Source: the human T2T-CHM13v2.0 reference genome, Homo sapiens. From it: a stretch of 64,000 nt of DNA. Of this stretch, positions 27,781 to 44,066 are shown piece by piece. Within the stretch, counting starts at the first letter, position 1; each line of letters opens with the position of its first letter. Location: NCBI RefSeq assembly GCF_009914755.1, contig NC_060940.1. The stretch is one strand, 5' to 3'. A program made the position numbers and the translations under genes. A model generated the notes under the pieces. It saw nothing but the letters and a program-made list of their open reading frames with translations, was not told where the DNA came from and searched no databases.

Positions 27781-30469
27781 AGGGTTGGTCAGGAAGAAGC
27801 TTTCCCCAATCATCATAAAGAGAGAAAAAATCTGGATTAGCTTTTTAATCTGGAGTATCAGGAAAATATCAGTAGACATGGTGCGGATATAATTCCTGTG
27901 GCAGAAAGCATAATTTTTTCATTTAAAATGTGGAGAAATATAATTAAATGGCTTCACAGTACCCACTCCATCTCATACCATTTGCTTCAAAATCAACTTA
28001 TTTCAATAAAAGTTTAAAATGTTTGAAGTGTCTCCTACTTGATGATATCGATAAGCAAGAAGGGAACTCTAAATCCAAGAAAGCTAAACTTTGCTTTCTG
28101 ATTCTTCACTTGATTTGACATGAATATCTACAGTTCCCTTAACTCTTTGGGATCTTTTCCTCTGTTTTTGATAGTTTGGTGACCCCAGCTATGAAGTTAG
28201 AAGACACACCTTTGTGCTTCCACCCTTTGCCAGAAGTCTAATTGAAGTAAATATATTTATCCAGTCCTCCAGGATTCCGTGCAATATATTTGAGTGCTTC
28301 AAAGAAAAGCCTCCTACTTGGATAAGCGTTTACTTCCTTTAGGAGAAGAGCTCTTTAACATCAGATGCACTTGTGTCTAAACCCCGACCACGTAATTACA
28401 CATTCTGCTTGCTCCAAAGAGATTAATCCAGAAAGCCAACCACATATTTCTTAGAAGATGGAACACATTTCAATTATCTGACTCAAGTGACTTTTCTGGA
28501 GGGTGGAGTCCAAGACATTTTAAGTACCAGATAAATCTTTGAAGCCGATTAAATGTTTTTCCAAATAGTCTAGACTCCCTCTTCCTATGAGGCTTTTTAT
28601 AGCTATTATAGTGATATATGTGAGGCTTTTTTTTCCTGATACTGTAAAATCACATATCTGACAGTTTTCAGTGTGGCTGAGGTTTTAAATCAACCCAACT
28701 ATATGCTACTGGGATCTCTATCTCATATTTTGTACAGAATGGTGGGGAATATCAATATTTAAAGAAATGGTATTTTTGGAGAGAAGAGAACAGTGTGATT
28801 TCAGTGCATGGGTACTAGCAGTTTCCAACTCTGTAAACAGTGCCATCACTCATGATTACATCATTTCCTGTTCTTTCTTGTCCTGGCCAACACTTTGTCC
28901 AAGGACTCTAAGAGATCATCTACTGCAAATTGCATTCCCAACTTCCCATCACATAATCGAAGAGAGGTTTGCTGCAAAACCGCCAACACCTTCATTTCAC
29001 ATTTATCTTCACTTGAAAGGGGTGAGTTCATCACTTTTTTCTCCTGCACCAAGACCATAGGAAGACACAAAATCATCAACTAAATCTTCCAGCGTTCAAA
29101 TATCGGAGGCCCTGGAAACAGCAGGTATGCCGCTGAATGTTTTTGAATAAAAGAGAGTGAAGGGAAACGTTTGTACAAATATAAGCAACGATCTACAAAT
29201 AGAAGCCATCATCCAAGCAGTACAGTTCCAACTAAGGAAAAGGGTGGTATGTGCATTCCTGGATTTAATTGTTCATACACACAAGGATGAGCTGTCTTGC
29301 GTTGTTGGAAATGCCCACGCTGATTATAAACTCTGTGTGGAATGTCAAAACATCTGGATTTTTAAGTGAAAAAATATATAATCTACCATGTGGCTGTTTC
29401 TTCAAGTCACTCCTAAAGGTAGACAAGGCAGCCAGATGATTTATTGCATTAATCACTCTTTCATAATTATATTCGTGATGTGTTGATCTCCATCATCCCT
29501 GTGTGAACCTCTATGCGAATTCCGTGCCTTTGCTAAACCTCTGGTTATGCTCAAGGGTCAGTGGCAACTCAGTGACAATAAAAGCAATTTTTCACTATAG
29601 CTGGCAGAGTCTTACCACCGAGCCACTCCATAGCACAGTGGCCTCTGAAGACTTCATCCACCTCCTTCTATTCAAAGATAATATCCTCATACTAAGAGCA
29701 ACAACCACAAAGCCATAAAACATCTACTTTTTTAACTCTAAGAATATGACATGACTACACCTCCATAATGCAGTGTGCAGAATGAGAACACAGGATTTCA
29801 GAAATAGAAAGCCAAGAGCAGCATAAATGGAGCCTGTTGGAAGATGAAACGTCCAGGTCCACACTGCACCTGGAAGCCATTTTGTACTGAACAATTTTAG
29901 AAGTAAGATCATGGGTCTGATGCATACATGGTTTCAAACACTGTCCACCTGGCTACAGCCTGCCTTCGTCTTAGGCCACACGGGAGCTCTGTTTACCCCT
30001 ACGTGCCAAGCTTTGGCGTGTCTTTGTGCCACTACACACTCTGTTCCCTTCTTCCCGGAATGCCTTTTCCTTCCTTTGTGCCTGAAAAATTCCAATTTAT
30101 CCTTCACCACCCAACTTATAAATCCCCCAGGCACTTTGTTACTTCCTCTTCCTTGTCCCAAAACATGTTAGCCCCCTTCCTAGCCTAGAGTTACCACATT
30201 GCCTTTCGCTTGTGGACTCACAACCCCTCTCCCTAATCCGCTTGGAATGCTTTGCTCTTTAAGCCCATCTCCTTTTCATCTCCGCCTCTAGGGCCAAGCA
30301 CAGGGGCAACATCAAGTGTTTAATTAGAGATGAGTTTATTATTCATGCAGCAAATACTTATTACAGAACTGTGTTTTGGCTTCTGATGTACTATTAACTA
30401 TCCTTTCATTCACTATTATATACAATGTTACCTGTATACCATTATATGCTGCGTATAAGTAATACTCTA

Positions 30470-30995
30470 TTATGTATGCTATTCTATTCTAATATGCACA
30501 TACCCTAATATGCACATATTCTAGTCTAATATATAAATCTATTGTAATATGCACATATCCTAATAAGCACATTTTCTATTCTAATATATAATATCTATTG
30601 TAATATGCACATATCCTAATATGCACATATTCTAATATATAATATCTATTCTTTTCTCATATGAACATATCTCAGTATGCACATATTCAATTCTAATATA
30701 TATCTATTCTAATATGTACATATCTTAATATGCACATATTCTAATATATATTTCTAATATGCACATATCCTAATTTGCACATAATATCTATTGTAATATG
30801 CACAAATCTTAATATCACATATTCTATTCTAATATATAATATCTATTCTAATATGCACATATCCTAATATGCATATATCTATTCTATTCTAATATGCACA
30901 TATCTTAATATGCATGTATTCTGTTCTAATATATAATATTTATTCTATTCTAATATGCACATGTCCTAATACGTACATATTCTGTTCTAATAATA
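30470..30995. repeat. AT-rich compound minisatellite (TAATATGCACATAT[C/T]C units)
   Basis: Many 16-mers interleaved with TATTC and TAATATATAATATCTATT[G/C] blocks. Confidence 0.9.
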
Positions 30996-31221
30996 TATGA
31001 CATAAAATATTAAATATGCAATATTCAACTTCTGGTGTGCTATATAATTATTTAATTGCTTATTGCCACTCTCACTAAATTAGAATGTAAGCTCCTCAAG
31101 GAAAGAAACTATCTGTTTTGTCATCTGCTGTGGTCCCGCACCCAGCCTGCCGTGTAGTGCATGACCAAATAACTGATGAATGAATGAATAAATGGTCGAT
31201 GCTTGACAACAAAGACAATCA

Positions 31222-31558
<337 letters not shown>

Positions 31559-32229
31559 GCACTAGGAAGGCATCTCATTCAATACATAGTTTTATAGATG
31601 AGGGGTCCTGCTCAAGGTAGAAAACAGATCCCAGACCAACCTCACTGTGGCACAAAATGCTGCTGCCGATGAGAAACCCAGGCTCCAGCCCTGCACTAAC
31701 ATAGCAAGTCACAGGATCATCCCCAAGATTTATCATTGCACTGTAGTCTGCCAAGAGCCGAGACAGTTGGAGTTAAATTCCATCTCAGAAGTGAATAAAT
31801 GAATCTACATAAACTGCAGAGATCCCTGAATCTACTTCCCTATCGGTCAAGTAAAAAGAAAAAAAAATCAAGAAAACTCAATGTTAATAAATAATACATA
31901 AAGGAATCGTTAGAGTGGAGACAGGTTCAACTTATCCTGTGAGTTAAAAAAAAAAATGAAAGCAAGAAAATATTCCACAGTTCCAGTGTGCTGAGCTCAT
32001 TCTTGTGAGATTAAACAAAATAATTCAGGATTAATATATTCATTTCTTTGCAAACTACTATCTATTTCAGTTACAGACTGAGTATCAGTTTTTCCAGTGT
32101 TGGCACTTTATTTTTGCTGTTGACCGGCTCAGATCTGAAAGACAGGATTTTATGAGAAGCGTCACCTTCAGCCTGCTTTGCCTGTGTGTGCCTGCGTTTG
32201 TGTATCACACGTGATAACGTTATGCTGTC

Positions 32230-33215
32230 GCTTTCCAAAGTACATTCATTCATTCATTCATCCACCTGCTTGCCCATCAGACATGTATGTGCGCTATGCC
32301 TCCTCTTTTCCAGGCTCTGTGATAAGCTAGAGTGCAGGGCAGTGAGTGAAGTGAACAGGGTCCCTGACCTCACGAAGCATGGCTGGGGACAACCAGCCAA
32401 CCAGCACATCGATCCTGAATGACCCCTCATGATGAGATGGAAGAGGGTAAAGTCATAACAGAGGGGGACTGCGAGGGCACTTGGCATGGAGCTCAGGGAG
32501 GGCTTCTCAGAGGAGGTGACTGTATTCATTTCCTGGGCTGCCATAACAAGGTATTACCAGCCATGTGGCTTCAACAACAGATGTTTATTACCTCACAGCT
32601 CTGGAGGCAGAAGTCCAAGAGCAAGGCACTGGCAGGGTTGGTTCCTTTGGAGGCTGGGAGAGAGAATTGGTTTGATGCCTGTCCCCACACTTCTGGTGGC
32701 CGCCGGCAACCTTTGTGCTCCTGGGCTTGTGCATGAGCACGAGCATCCCCCCAGTTCCTGCCTCCATCTACACCTGGCTTCTCCCCGTGCCCATGCCTGT
32801 GTCCACATTTCCTCTTTGCAGAAGGACACCAGTCATATTTGACTAGGGCCTACCATAGTAGCCTCACTGTAACTTGATTCTCTCTGTCAAGGTCCTCTTT
32901 CCAAATAAGGTTACAGTCTGAGGTCCTGAGGGTTCAGATTTCAGTGTATCCTTAGGGGGAGACACAATTCAAAGTCTAGCAGTGACACAGAAGTGGAGGA
33001 TGCAGATGGAAGCGTCCGTGGGAAGACCCCGGCCTGGGAAGGGCATGTCTGGCAGGAGGAACTGAAAGCCACCCAGGGTGACCAGAGCAACATGAAAGAG
33101 TCAGGGAGGGTGTGAGGCTGGAGAGGGCGGGAGGGGCCAGATCTCACCCACAAGACGAGGAGGCTGGATTTATTCCAAGTGCATGGGGAAGACATTGGCA
33201 GATGTTAAAAGAGAT
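32230..33215 (-). mobile_element. L2 3' end split by the MLT1 LTR
   Basis: (CATT)n terminus at 32243-32260, L2 body to 32520, resuming after 32987. Confidence 0.7.
32521..32981 (-). mobile_element. MLT1 (B/C-like) MaLR solo LTR
   Basis: TGTATTCATTTCCTGGGCTGCCATAACAA...GACACAATTCAAAGTCTAGCA; perfect TSD GTGAC (32516-20, 32982-86). Confidence 0.85.
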
Positions 33216-33224
33216 AGGGAGGGG

Positions 33225-33520
<296 letters not shown>

Positions 33521-34219
33521 AAAAGATATAGGGAGGAACATTCCAAGACTCAGAGCCCCCATGCTGCTTAGGAATACTGTTAGTCCACAAGAGTGAGTCA
33601 ATGGCTAGGAGATTGCTGGGGATGCCAACAGCATGAGACCCAACACCTATGTCCTTCACCCAAGTGGGAATAACGCCAACCACAGGCAGCCAACATGAGT
33701 AGACGTTTATGTAGTAAGTTTCAAGCTTAGGAAGCCCTTCCACACGCCACATGCTCTCTCTCACCTAATACTTGCACCGTCCAGCAAAGAGGGTCTTGTT
33801 GTCCCTCCACGTAGATGAGGAAACTGAGGTTAAGTGGCACCGATTCCTTCCCTGAGGTCACTGGGAGCTACATGGTAAGAGTCTGGCCTCTGCATCTGCT
33901 TTTCCCTTGCAAACTCAAAGAGACGTCTCTCCTTCAAGTTGCAAGTGTCCTATCAAGAACGGCAATTGTGTCGTGAGTTTCTGTGAAAAGCAAGACTGGT
34001 CATTCCATCACTTCTGTCTGTCCAACATGCCCCAGACTTGCTATTTTGGGGCCCCATGCTGTTAAGTAAACATCCCCCAGCCAGTGTGAATATCTGAAAG
34101 CACCTGCTTTGTACGCAGCAGGGTCAGAGACCTTTATATGCACGCCCTCAAGCCCTCCTCCTGCCAGCACTGAGACAGGTACCATGATCGTAATACCCCT
34201 TTCGTGGGTATGGAGATGA

Positions 34220-34903
<684 letters not shown>

Positions 34904-35199
34904 ACCTCACCTGCCTTTCTGTTCAAATCAGGACAATGTTTTGTGCAAGGCCTGGATATAACTACAGCACACAAAAGATTTCTCTCCTGGGTTCATTAGG
35001 ATAAGTTCAAGTTACCCTCTGTCCCTCCGTCATTTCTTCTCATTATAAAAGGGTTGGAGGGCTTCTTTCAATAGCCAGTGAAGTTGATTAGCAACCTTGT
35101 ATCTTTATTTTGATAGGTCCAATGGGAAAATATACTAATCATTTCTTATGAGCAAAGAATAGATAAAAAAATTCATCCATATAAATAACTTTTCGAAAG

Positions 35200-35440
35200 C
35201 TAATTATTATCAAGTGCTTATCTGTGTGAGGCACTGTTCGAGATGCTTTGGGAACTGTAGCTCATTTAATTCTCACAACAGCCCTATGACGTAGGTACTC
35301 TTATTGTGCCCATTTCACAGATGAGGAAACTGAGGCACAGAGAGGTTTAGGACGATACCTGAGACTTCAGCGTGGTGGGGCAGGAATGTGAGGTGTGAGT
35401 CAGAGCACCTGGTTCCAGAGGCAGCTTTCAAACACAGCAC
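35200..35440 (-). mobile_element. MIR
   Basis: TCATTTAATTCTCACAACAGCCCTATGA...CCCATTTCACAGATGAGGAAACTGAGGCACAGAGAGGTT. Confidence 0.88.
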
Positions 35441-37477
35441 TGCACTCCCCTGAGCTTCTACACACTCTTCCGGCCCCATGGGATTCCGAAATGAGAGAAA
35501 TCAGGCCCCCAAAAGACCAGCCTTCATCAGGAGACTCGGACGAGAAAGTCAAAAAACCTATGTTGAATACAGCACCATTCTTGCAGCAGTATTAACTTTT
35601 CCACACTTCAGTATATTCATGTGCGTATCTACTTTAAAATCTTCCTGCATCACCATCAATAGCTTATAATTGATACTCCAATAATTATATATCATAATTG
35701 AAATCCAGGTTTTACTCACTGGAGAATTTGGGCAAAGTCCTGCAAAGCAAGAGAAACTTTAGTTCATTATTGAGGCTCATTTTTACATTAGCCCGCTCTC
35801 GCTACATAACAATTTTTAAATCTTTTTACATTTATGATAGTCGTTACTGCAGTTTCAGAATCATTAATGAGATAATGTGCTTCTTCAAGTTCACCAGTCT
35901 CTGTGAATTTGATATACTTGTTCTGAGTTAGCAGGGTTGCAGCGGCCTCAGCTTTTTGGTTCATGCAGTCACCGCATGCCTACCAAACACAGGCTGCGGG
36001 CTGAAGGCTGGAGATTGAAATAAGGCAGCAAATTCTTGCTTTCATGAGGCTTAGCAGGGAGGACAGGTATAAAAATAGTACAAGGGTGAGTCTTACAAAT
36101 AAATTCAGAGTGCTTTGGGAACATGACCTAAGGGAAATGGACCCGAAGTCTGGGAAGTTCAGCTCATGAAGTGACATCTTGTCCTTTAAGACTTGGCTCT
36201 GCTAGGTAGAGTAAGAAGGGGTGGTACAAGGTTAGCACAATCCAGGAAGAGCAAACATTGTGTGCAGATGCCCTGAGGCATACAAGAGCCCGGTTGAGGG
36301 GCTGAGAGGTGGGGCCAGGGCGGGTTGGGAGAGGTGGCACACACCCAGGGACTCTGTCCCCTATTACAGACTCCAGGAAGCCATGCATTTCCCTCGAGTT
36401 CCCCCAAATCACTCCCCAGTCACGATTAACGGGCTCTCTTTTCTTTCACTTGGGCCCTTTCAGCGCCTTGTTTCTCCCTGGATCTCAGCATCCTTCCCAG
36501 CATGCACTATCGGCTTTATTGCAATCGGTTTCTGCGTCTTCTGGGCAGCCCCTCTTCTGGGGCTCCTTGAGGGCAGACAGAGCTTCACTCATCATGGTCG
36601 TCCCCTTCGGCCTCGGAGCGGTGTGCACAGAGGGAGCACAAAGAATGTCCGTTGCATTAAATCAAATCTAACAAACAGCACTTTTTCCCGGCAGCTCTAC
36701 AAATAGGAACAGGTGTCTTTGCTAATCGCCCCTGAATGCACGGTTCAATTCAGGGCTGTAAATCCATATATCAGAGCCAGAACCAGTTAGCTGTCTGGTC
36801 TATAATAACCACGCACTGGCCTCTCACATCATGGGCACTGGACCCTGTGGCTGAAAAGAAAGTCTCAACAAACCCAAACAAACTGAATTGTCCACTTGTA
36901 CCAGCCTCACACAGGAATGGTCAAAATACCTCTTTTCCTTCAGCTCTGGGAAATTGAAAAGACAAATCACTTAGCGGAAGCCTAAGACTAGAGGCTCACC
37001 CTTCGACAAGGAAATTCACTTGTATTTTCTCCGGAGTCAAGGATCCCCTGTTTGCACTCATTTCGTTGTTAGGAACAGAAATCCACTTTCAACCAGCAGA
37101 AACGAATTTCCTGGAAGGCATTGGTACTCATCACTGGGGGAGGTTCCGGGGCTTTCCAGCTTCAGGTGCAGCTGCGTCTAAGCCCGCAGACAATGTGGAC
37201 GGGATGCTCCTTGTCTGCAGCTCCAGCTGTCAGCTCTGCCTGTCTCTCTATGTTGGCTTTATTCTCTGCTAGGCTCTCTCCTTGTGGCAAGAAAGGTGAC
37301 TTCTGACAGCCCTGATGCCTTATACACAAAGGCAGGAACACCCACATCCTCTCTCCCAGATCCAAATGCTACTCTCATAGAAAGACTTTTGGTCTCTCTG
37401 GGTCACAGTACCCCCTCAGACCGGGCATTGATTCCCAGGAAATGATGAGATAACGCCCCCCCCCCCCCGCCCCAGGT

Positions 37478-37824
37478 CAGCAGTCCCCAGCCTTTTTGGC
37501 ACCAGGGACCGGTTTCGTAGAACACAATTTTTTCACAGATGGCAGGGGTGGTGGGGGATGGTTTCGGGATGACACTGTTTCACCTTAGATCATCAGGCAT
37601 CAGTTAGATTCTCTTAAGAAACGTGCAGCCTGGATCCCTCTCATTCCCAGTTCACAATAAGGTTTCCGTTCCTATGAGAATCTAATGCCACCACTGATCT
37701 GACAGGAGGCGGTGCTCAGGCGGTCATGCTCACTCACAGGATGCTCACCTCCTGCTGTGCTGCCTGGTTCCTAATAGGCCATGGATCAGTACAGGTCCGC
37801 AGCCCCAGGGGTTGGGGACCCTTG
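37478..37824. mobile_element. MER1B hAT-Charlie DNA transposon
   Basis: CAGCAGTCCCCAGCCTTTTTGGCACCAGGGACCGGTTTCGT...GGGGTTGGGGACCCTTG with terminal inverted repeats; degenerate 8-bp TSD CCCCAGGT/CCCTAGAT. Confidence 0.85.
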
Positions 37825-38034
37825 CCCTAGATCACCTGCCCACCTCTGGGAAACAAGATGGGGAGAAAATGAGGCCTGTGGTTGACTGCACCAACGTGAC
37901 CTCAAGGAGCAGGTTGTGGTGGTTCCCTGAAGAAAGCAATGCCCCCAGATCAAAGCTACATTTCCCATCTACTCCAGATCCTATTCAAACAGAACCAGTT
38001 CCCTTGAGCCTGGCCATGATTTGCATGTGAAAAG

Positions 38035-38236
38035 CTGGTGTGTTGCAGCCAGTCTGCACCAGCTTTGGGAGAGCTGATTGCCGCATGTCTTGCCGGTTCT
38101 GCATGTGTGCGGTGATATCGAGTACATAGCTTGAAATTGGCCATGGGGGGAATATTTAAGCACAAAAATGGACACAAGCTACAAATCAGGGCTTTTCCCC
38201 CTGAATTGCCATTAAACATTTACCAGCACAATACTG
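38035..38236 (-). mobile_element. MER63A-like DNA transposon
   Basis: CTGGTGTGTTG...TAGCTTGAAATTGGCCATGG...CTACAAATCAGGG...TAAACATTTACCAGCACAATACTG. Confidence 0.75.
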
Positions 38237-38274
38237 TGGGTTAGTTATGGTGTTTGCCCACCTAAAGAAACTCT

Positions 38275-38362
38275 GTGTGTGTGTGTGCTCATGTGTGTGT
38301 GTGTGCTCATGTGTGTGTGTGCATGTGTGTGTGCACACGTGTGTCTATGTGTGTGTGTGTGT
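38275..38362. repeat. Interrupted (TG)n microsatellite
   Basis: TG runs punctuated by CTCA/CA/CTA. Confidence 0.9.
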
Positions 38363-39130
38363 AATTTAAGCCAAAATGACGGACCCTGTGTTATCTTTGG
38401 AGATCCGTGGTCTCAGGCCATGCTTAATTCTTCCACGCTGGTTTATTGGTTCCTGTGTTCCAAAGCTCCGCATGTACCCTGTTTAAAGGACGGTCCACTT
38501 CCACCCTATACAGTTGGAGGGTCGCCCATTCATTTGATTTCTTCAGGTCCATTTTCTTCATCCTCCTTCCACATGCTACTGACCATCGCTAACAGGACTG
38601 CGTGCTGAGAGCCGAGCCTGTTACCTGCTTTCCCCATGACAGGGCTGTCTGCTTCCTCTCCCTGTCCCAAGATTTGTTCTTTACCTCTCAGAACTGCAGA
38701 AAACAAGTTATTTTCTCTTGGCATTTGTGCCGCTCTTTTTCCTCCCTCTTTTGGCTTCGAAAAAGTGGTGGGTCTCATGCACTTGTAATTAGCTGGAGCA
38801 CATCTGACCCATCGTCCCCTGGGGGAGGGCAGCTTGGTGGTCCCTAGCTCAAGAAGGGGCAGCCCCCACCCCCTGCACTTAGGGAGGGGAGGTCTACAGC
38901 TTTTTCCAGGAGGTACCTCAGCCCAAAGTCTGTGAATCCACAAAAGCAAGGTCGGCCTACCCTTTTACGTAAGCCACGCGGTAGCCAGAGACAAATGCAA
39001 GCAATAGTGTGATGTGAGATAGGGCAGAAACACTGCACCCCAAAGTCAGGTGTATTGGGGTCTTTCCCTGGGAGTCCGATGCAGCAAGCAACACTGTCAC
39101 AGGTAAAACGTGAGGAAACAAGCTTGCTTC

Positions 39131-39272
39131 TTTTTTTTTTTTTTTTTCAAAGCAGGGTCTCACTCTGTTGCCCAGGCTGGAGTGCAGGGGAACAATCACA
39201 GTTCACTGCAGCCTCCACCTCCAAGGCTCCAATGGTCCTCCTATGTCAGCCTCCTGCGTAGCTGGGGCTACA
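39131..39272 (-). mobile_element. Alu right-arm fragment (FRAM/AluJ)
   Basis: Poly-T then one reverse Alu monomer only. Confidence 0.8.
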
Positions 39273-40120
39273 CAAGTTTGCTTCTTATTCCTGAGCTTTT
39301 TAAATTTCTTCAGCTGATTTTGCCGTACCGCGTGTGCCGGTTTCATCTTCCTCCTCGTTGTAATTGTTTCATGACCGGAGTCAATGCTAGAGGCCCCGAG
39401 GAATGCAGGAAAGCACCAGCCATCAGGACGTGTTGATGAGACACACACTGTCTGGGACCTTCTGTGAATAACATGATTGGCGTTGTCACCGGGATAACTG
39501 CAGGAGAGATGTGAAAGTGCTTAGGATGTAGTTGGCGCTCAGGTCATTCTGCAGGCGTTAATGAAGCACGTGCTATGAGCCAGGGTCTTTGCTGGGGACC
39601 TAAAGATGAGTAGGTCAGTGGACAATATTTGAATGCAAGTCACAAATGTGTGGTTTCCAAACCTGGACTGGGTGGGGCTGACAGGGATTTCTTCCATTTT
39701 TTCTGTTTATCTCTGAATGGTTCCTTTAGCTGCTCACTTGGCAACTGAACTCAACGTTGTCCTCTGCCCCCAAGGCTCTCTTTTGTCCATTCTCTCTTTC
39801 TCGGAGGATGACTTTGCCTCCTACTTCCAATTCAAAATAAATCCTGCTGGAAGAAGCAACGGAGCCATGACCAAAAGCAGACTTTGGGTCGAGACTGCCG
39901 AGTCTCTACTTTTACTGAATTTAGTCCTGAATCCCACACAGACTCCCTGTACCCGCTCTGCCTAGGACGCCTCAGAATGGTCCTCCGTGATGCCGCTGCG
40001 CCTGTGCTGTCTGGACCACCTTCTGCCTTGGTGTTCTGACAACATCCTAGAGCATCTCACCTCTCTCGGCTCTTTCCCAGTTCTCATGCTCCCTGATGGT
40101 CCTTAAAAAGATTCCTATTC

Positions 40121-40435
<315 letters not shown>

Positions 40436-40665
40436 TCATGGACCTAATACCCCACTTCTAGGAGTGGAGTGGGATAAACTAGACAGAGATGAACATACAT
40501 ACAGCGAAGCAGAATTCCTGAGAGGCCTCTGATCTGAATAGTGCCAACTCCAGGCATTAGCTACAAAAGACCTTAATTGCAAAACTTTCTGGGGACTTTT
40601 ATCTTTCCTCATCTGGAGTATCCACACCATTGTCCTGCCTGCGAGGAATTTGGATAGTTTATTTT

Positions 40666-41527
<862 letters not shown>

Positions 41528-43390
41528 TGGATAGTTTATTTTTTATGTTTGTCACATCGCTCTTCTCTGTCTCCACTGATAAGTCACATTCCAGACCCTT
41601 TTATCCATGTGATTTCTTGAGATATCAAGATTCCTACAGACCTGGGAGGAAGTGTCGTACATCTTTGGGCAAAAGCTGACCTGAGACAATAGGCAATTGC
41701 CCTTGATGCTAAGACTAACCACAAGCTCTTCCCAGTCTGTAGTTTTTATTTGCACATTTGCAGGCTGGAGTGTGTCCTCTCTATCTAGTCGGTATTTCAA
41801 TAGGAGGCGAAGATCTCTGTGAGGCAATCTGGGGTTTTTCTAGCTGGGCCCGTGTTATTCATGGCCAGCCAGCTCTCCTGGTTTGTTTATACCTTTTTCC
41901 CACCTGAAACCTTGATGGTTGATTTGTGAAATAAAACCAAAATTGCTCAATCTGTCTAAAAGCTTTCTGTGGGTTTTAAACTTACCTATTTTTTAAAAGA
42001 AATTTTAATAATGCTTCTGGCTTTTAGAATCAGCAGGAAACCTACAATCAGGATTGTTGTATTTGCACCAATATCAAACATAAGGAGCATAAGTAATAAG
42101 GAACCCAGTGCCCTTTGTTGAATACGTAAATTTTCATGGTAACTGGTAATTGCTGGCCTATAAAAGCTCTCTTCCTTATGTTCCTGCTACTGAGTAAAAA
42201 TGATTTTTGTATTTGTAACAGACTAGATTCATTTCAAATGGAAATATTAATCTGTAATTGTTCTTATACGAGAAACACCAAGTTCAAGGCAAAAATAACA
42301 AAGCCAGTTAAGCATATGTTTCATACCTGCACAATTTACCTAAATAGAGATTGCCCAAAGAAGTTTTGCTGGCTTCTGAAAACTTTCTCATAAGATTTTA
42401 ATAATATATTTTATGGTCAAGAGGTTGTAGCATCCTCCCAGGACTAATTCATATCTAGCCAAGAAAAATTACATTTTCCCATTTACATTCCAAAGTCTGA
42501 ACTGTTATTTTATAAATGAATTTTCCCTCCAATTCAGAAAGCACTGGCTACATTACAAATTTTAATGCTACTATTATAGGATCATAATTTTAAAAACCCA
42601 GGGTTCTCCAAGGGCTTCAGCAGCATGCCATCTCTCCACTTTATTAAAATGAATGAACAGATGTACAATTTATTTCTGCCGAGCCATCATCTAAATTCAT
42701 AAGCTATTTCTCATGTGTCTGAAATCCACGTTGGTTTCCCATTTTCTTTGCCTTAGAAAAAAAATTACACTCCCTCATTTATCACTCTGGGGACATAAAC
42801 GAGAAGTCTACTCTCCACTTCATTCACTTTGGACTAATATCCTCGACACAATTTAAATCCCATCTCTTCAAGACTATTCAATGAGAGCAAGGCAGTGGAA
42901 CACCCAGCATCCAATTGGAAAACTCCTTGGCCATCAATGTAGAAGATTGACAAGCTCAGTCACATGAGCTTACACCTTGGCAGATGCAGGGGAAGAGAGC
43001 TTACAACAGCGTTGAATCCATTCAGGTAGATGGGACAGTCTAGAACCATCACACTTAAAAGTCAACGTCAGTAACAGAAATGTATTTTAGCTGCCGTATT
43101 TCATAGAGCCCTGATACCACCCTTACTTCCCACATGACCTGTCATCTGACAGCAGGCTGGCAGACAGCCATTTAACAGATTCATCTCGGGTTGGCAAACA
43201 TCTAGCCTAGCTTTGAAAACCCACGTGTTGATCTCAGACCTGCCTTTACATCCCTGCACCACCATTTTCTGATGGTGTGAGATCAGGCATAGTTTTTAAC
43301 CTCTCTGAGATCTGGGTTATTTTTCAGTATGATGGAGATAAGTGGACCTGCTTTGTAATAAAGGTTAAATAAAGTGCAACATTTTGATGC

Positions 43391-44066
43391 TATGAACCTA
43401 AAAGTATCTGGGACAGGTCTCAGTCAATTTAGAACGTTTATTTTGCCAAGGTTAAGGACATACCCATAACGCAGCCTCAGGAGGTCCTGATGACACGTGC
43501 CCGAGGTGCTCAGGGTATAACCTGGTTTTATGCATTTTAGGGACACATGAGATATCAGTCAATGTGTGTAAGATGTATATTGGTTCAGTCTGGAGAGTGG
43601 GCGATCAGGGAGCTTACAGGTCATAAGTAGGTAACAGACAAATGGTTGCATTCTTTTGAGTCCTTGATCAAAGACGGCGGTAGAGGAATAGTCACTTATG
43701 TCTTAGTCTAGCTCAGTGAATCTGCATTTTTACGTAAACAGTCAGACTGAGGAAGCAATTAGATATGCATTTGTCTCAGGTGAGCAGAGGGATGACTTTG
43801 AGTTCTGTCTGTCCTTTGACCTGCACCTGTGAAGATGAGCGATCAGTTTATGTTGCCCAGGTGAAATTCAACAGAAGTTTTTAGAGTAAAGATCTTGAGG
43901 CCCACAAGGAATTTCCTTGCAGGCAAATTGTGAGGGAGATATTTTCTATATTTGTAGCTATCTTATTAAAAATAAAATGGGAGCAGGTTTGCCTCCCATA
44001 GGTCCCAGCTAGACTTTTCCCTTTAGCTTAGTAATTGGGGGTCCCAAGATTTATTTTCCTTTCACA
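43391..44066 (-). mobile_element. MER4A-like ERV1 solo LTR inserted in a MIR
   Basis: Ends GGGGTCCCAAGATTTATTTTCCTTTCACA (reverse of the MER4 start); perfect TSD ATGC (43387-90, 44067-70). Confidence 0.85.

Noticed and set aside
30470-30995. CRISPR-like repeat-spacer array
   Set aside because: No unique spacers, no cas genes, eukaryotic context; it is a minisatellite.
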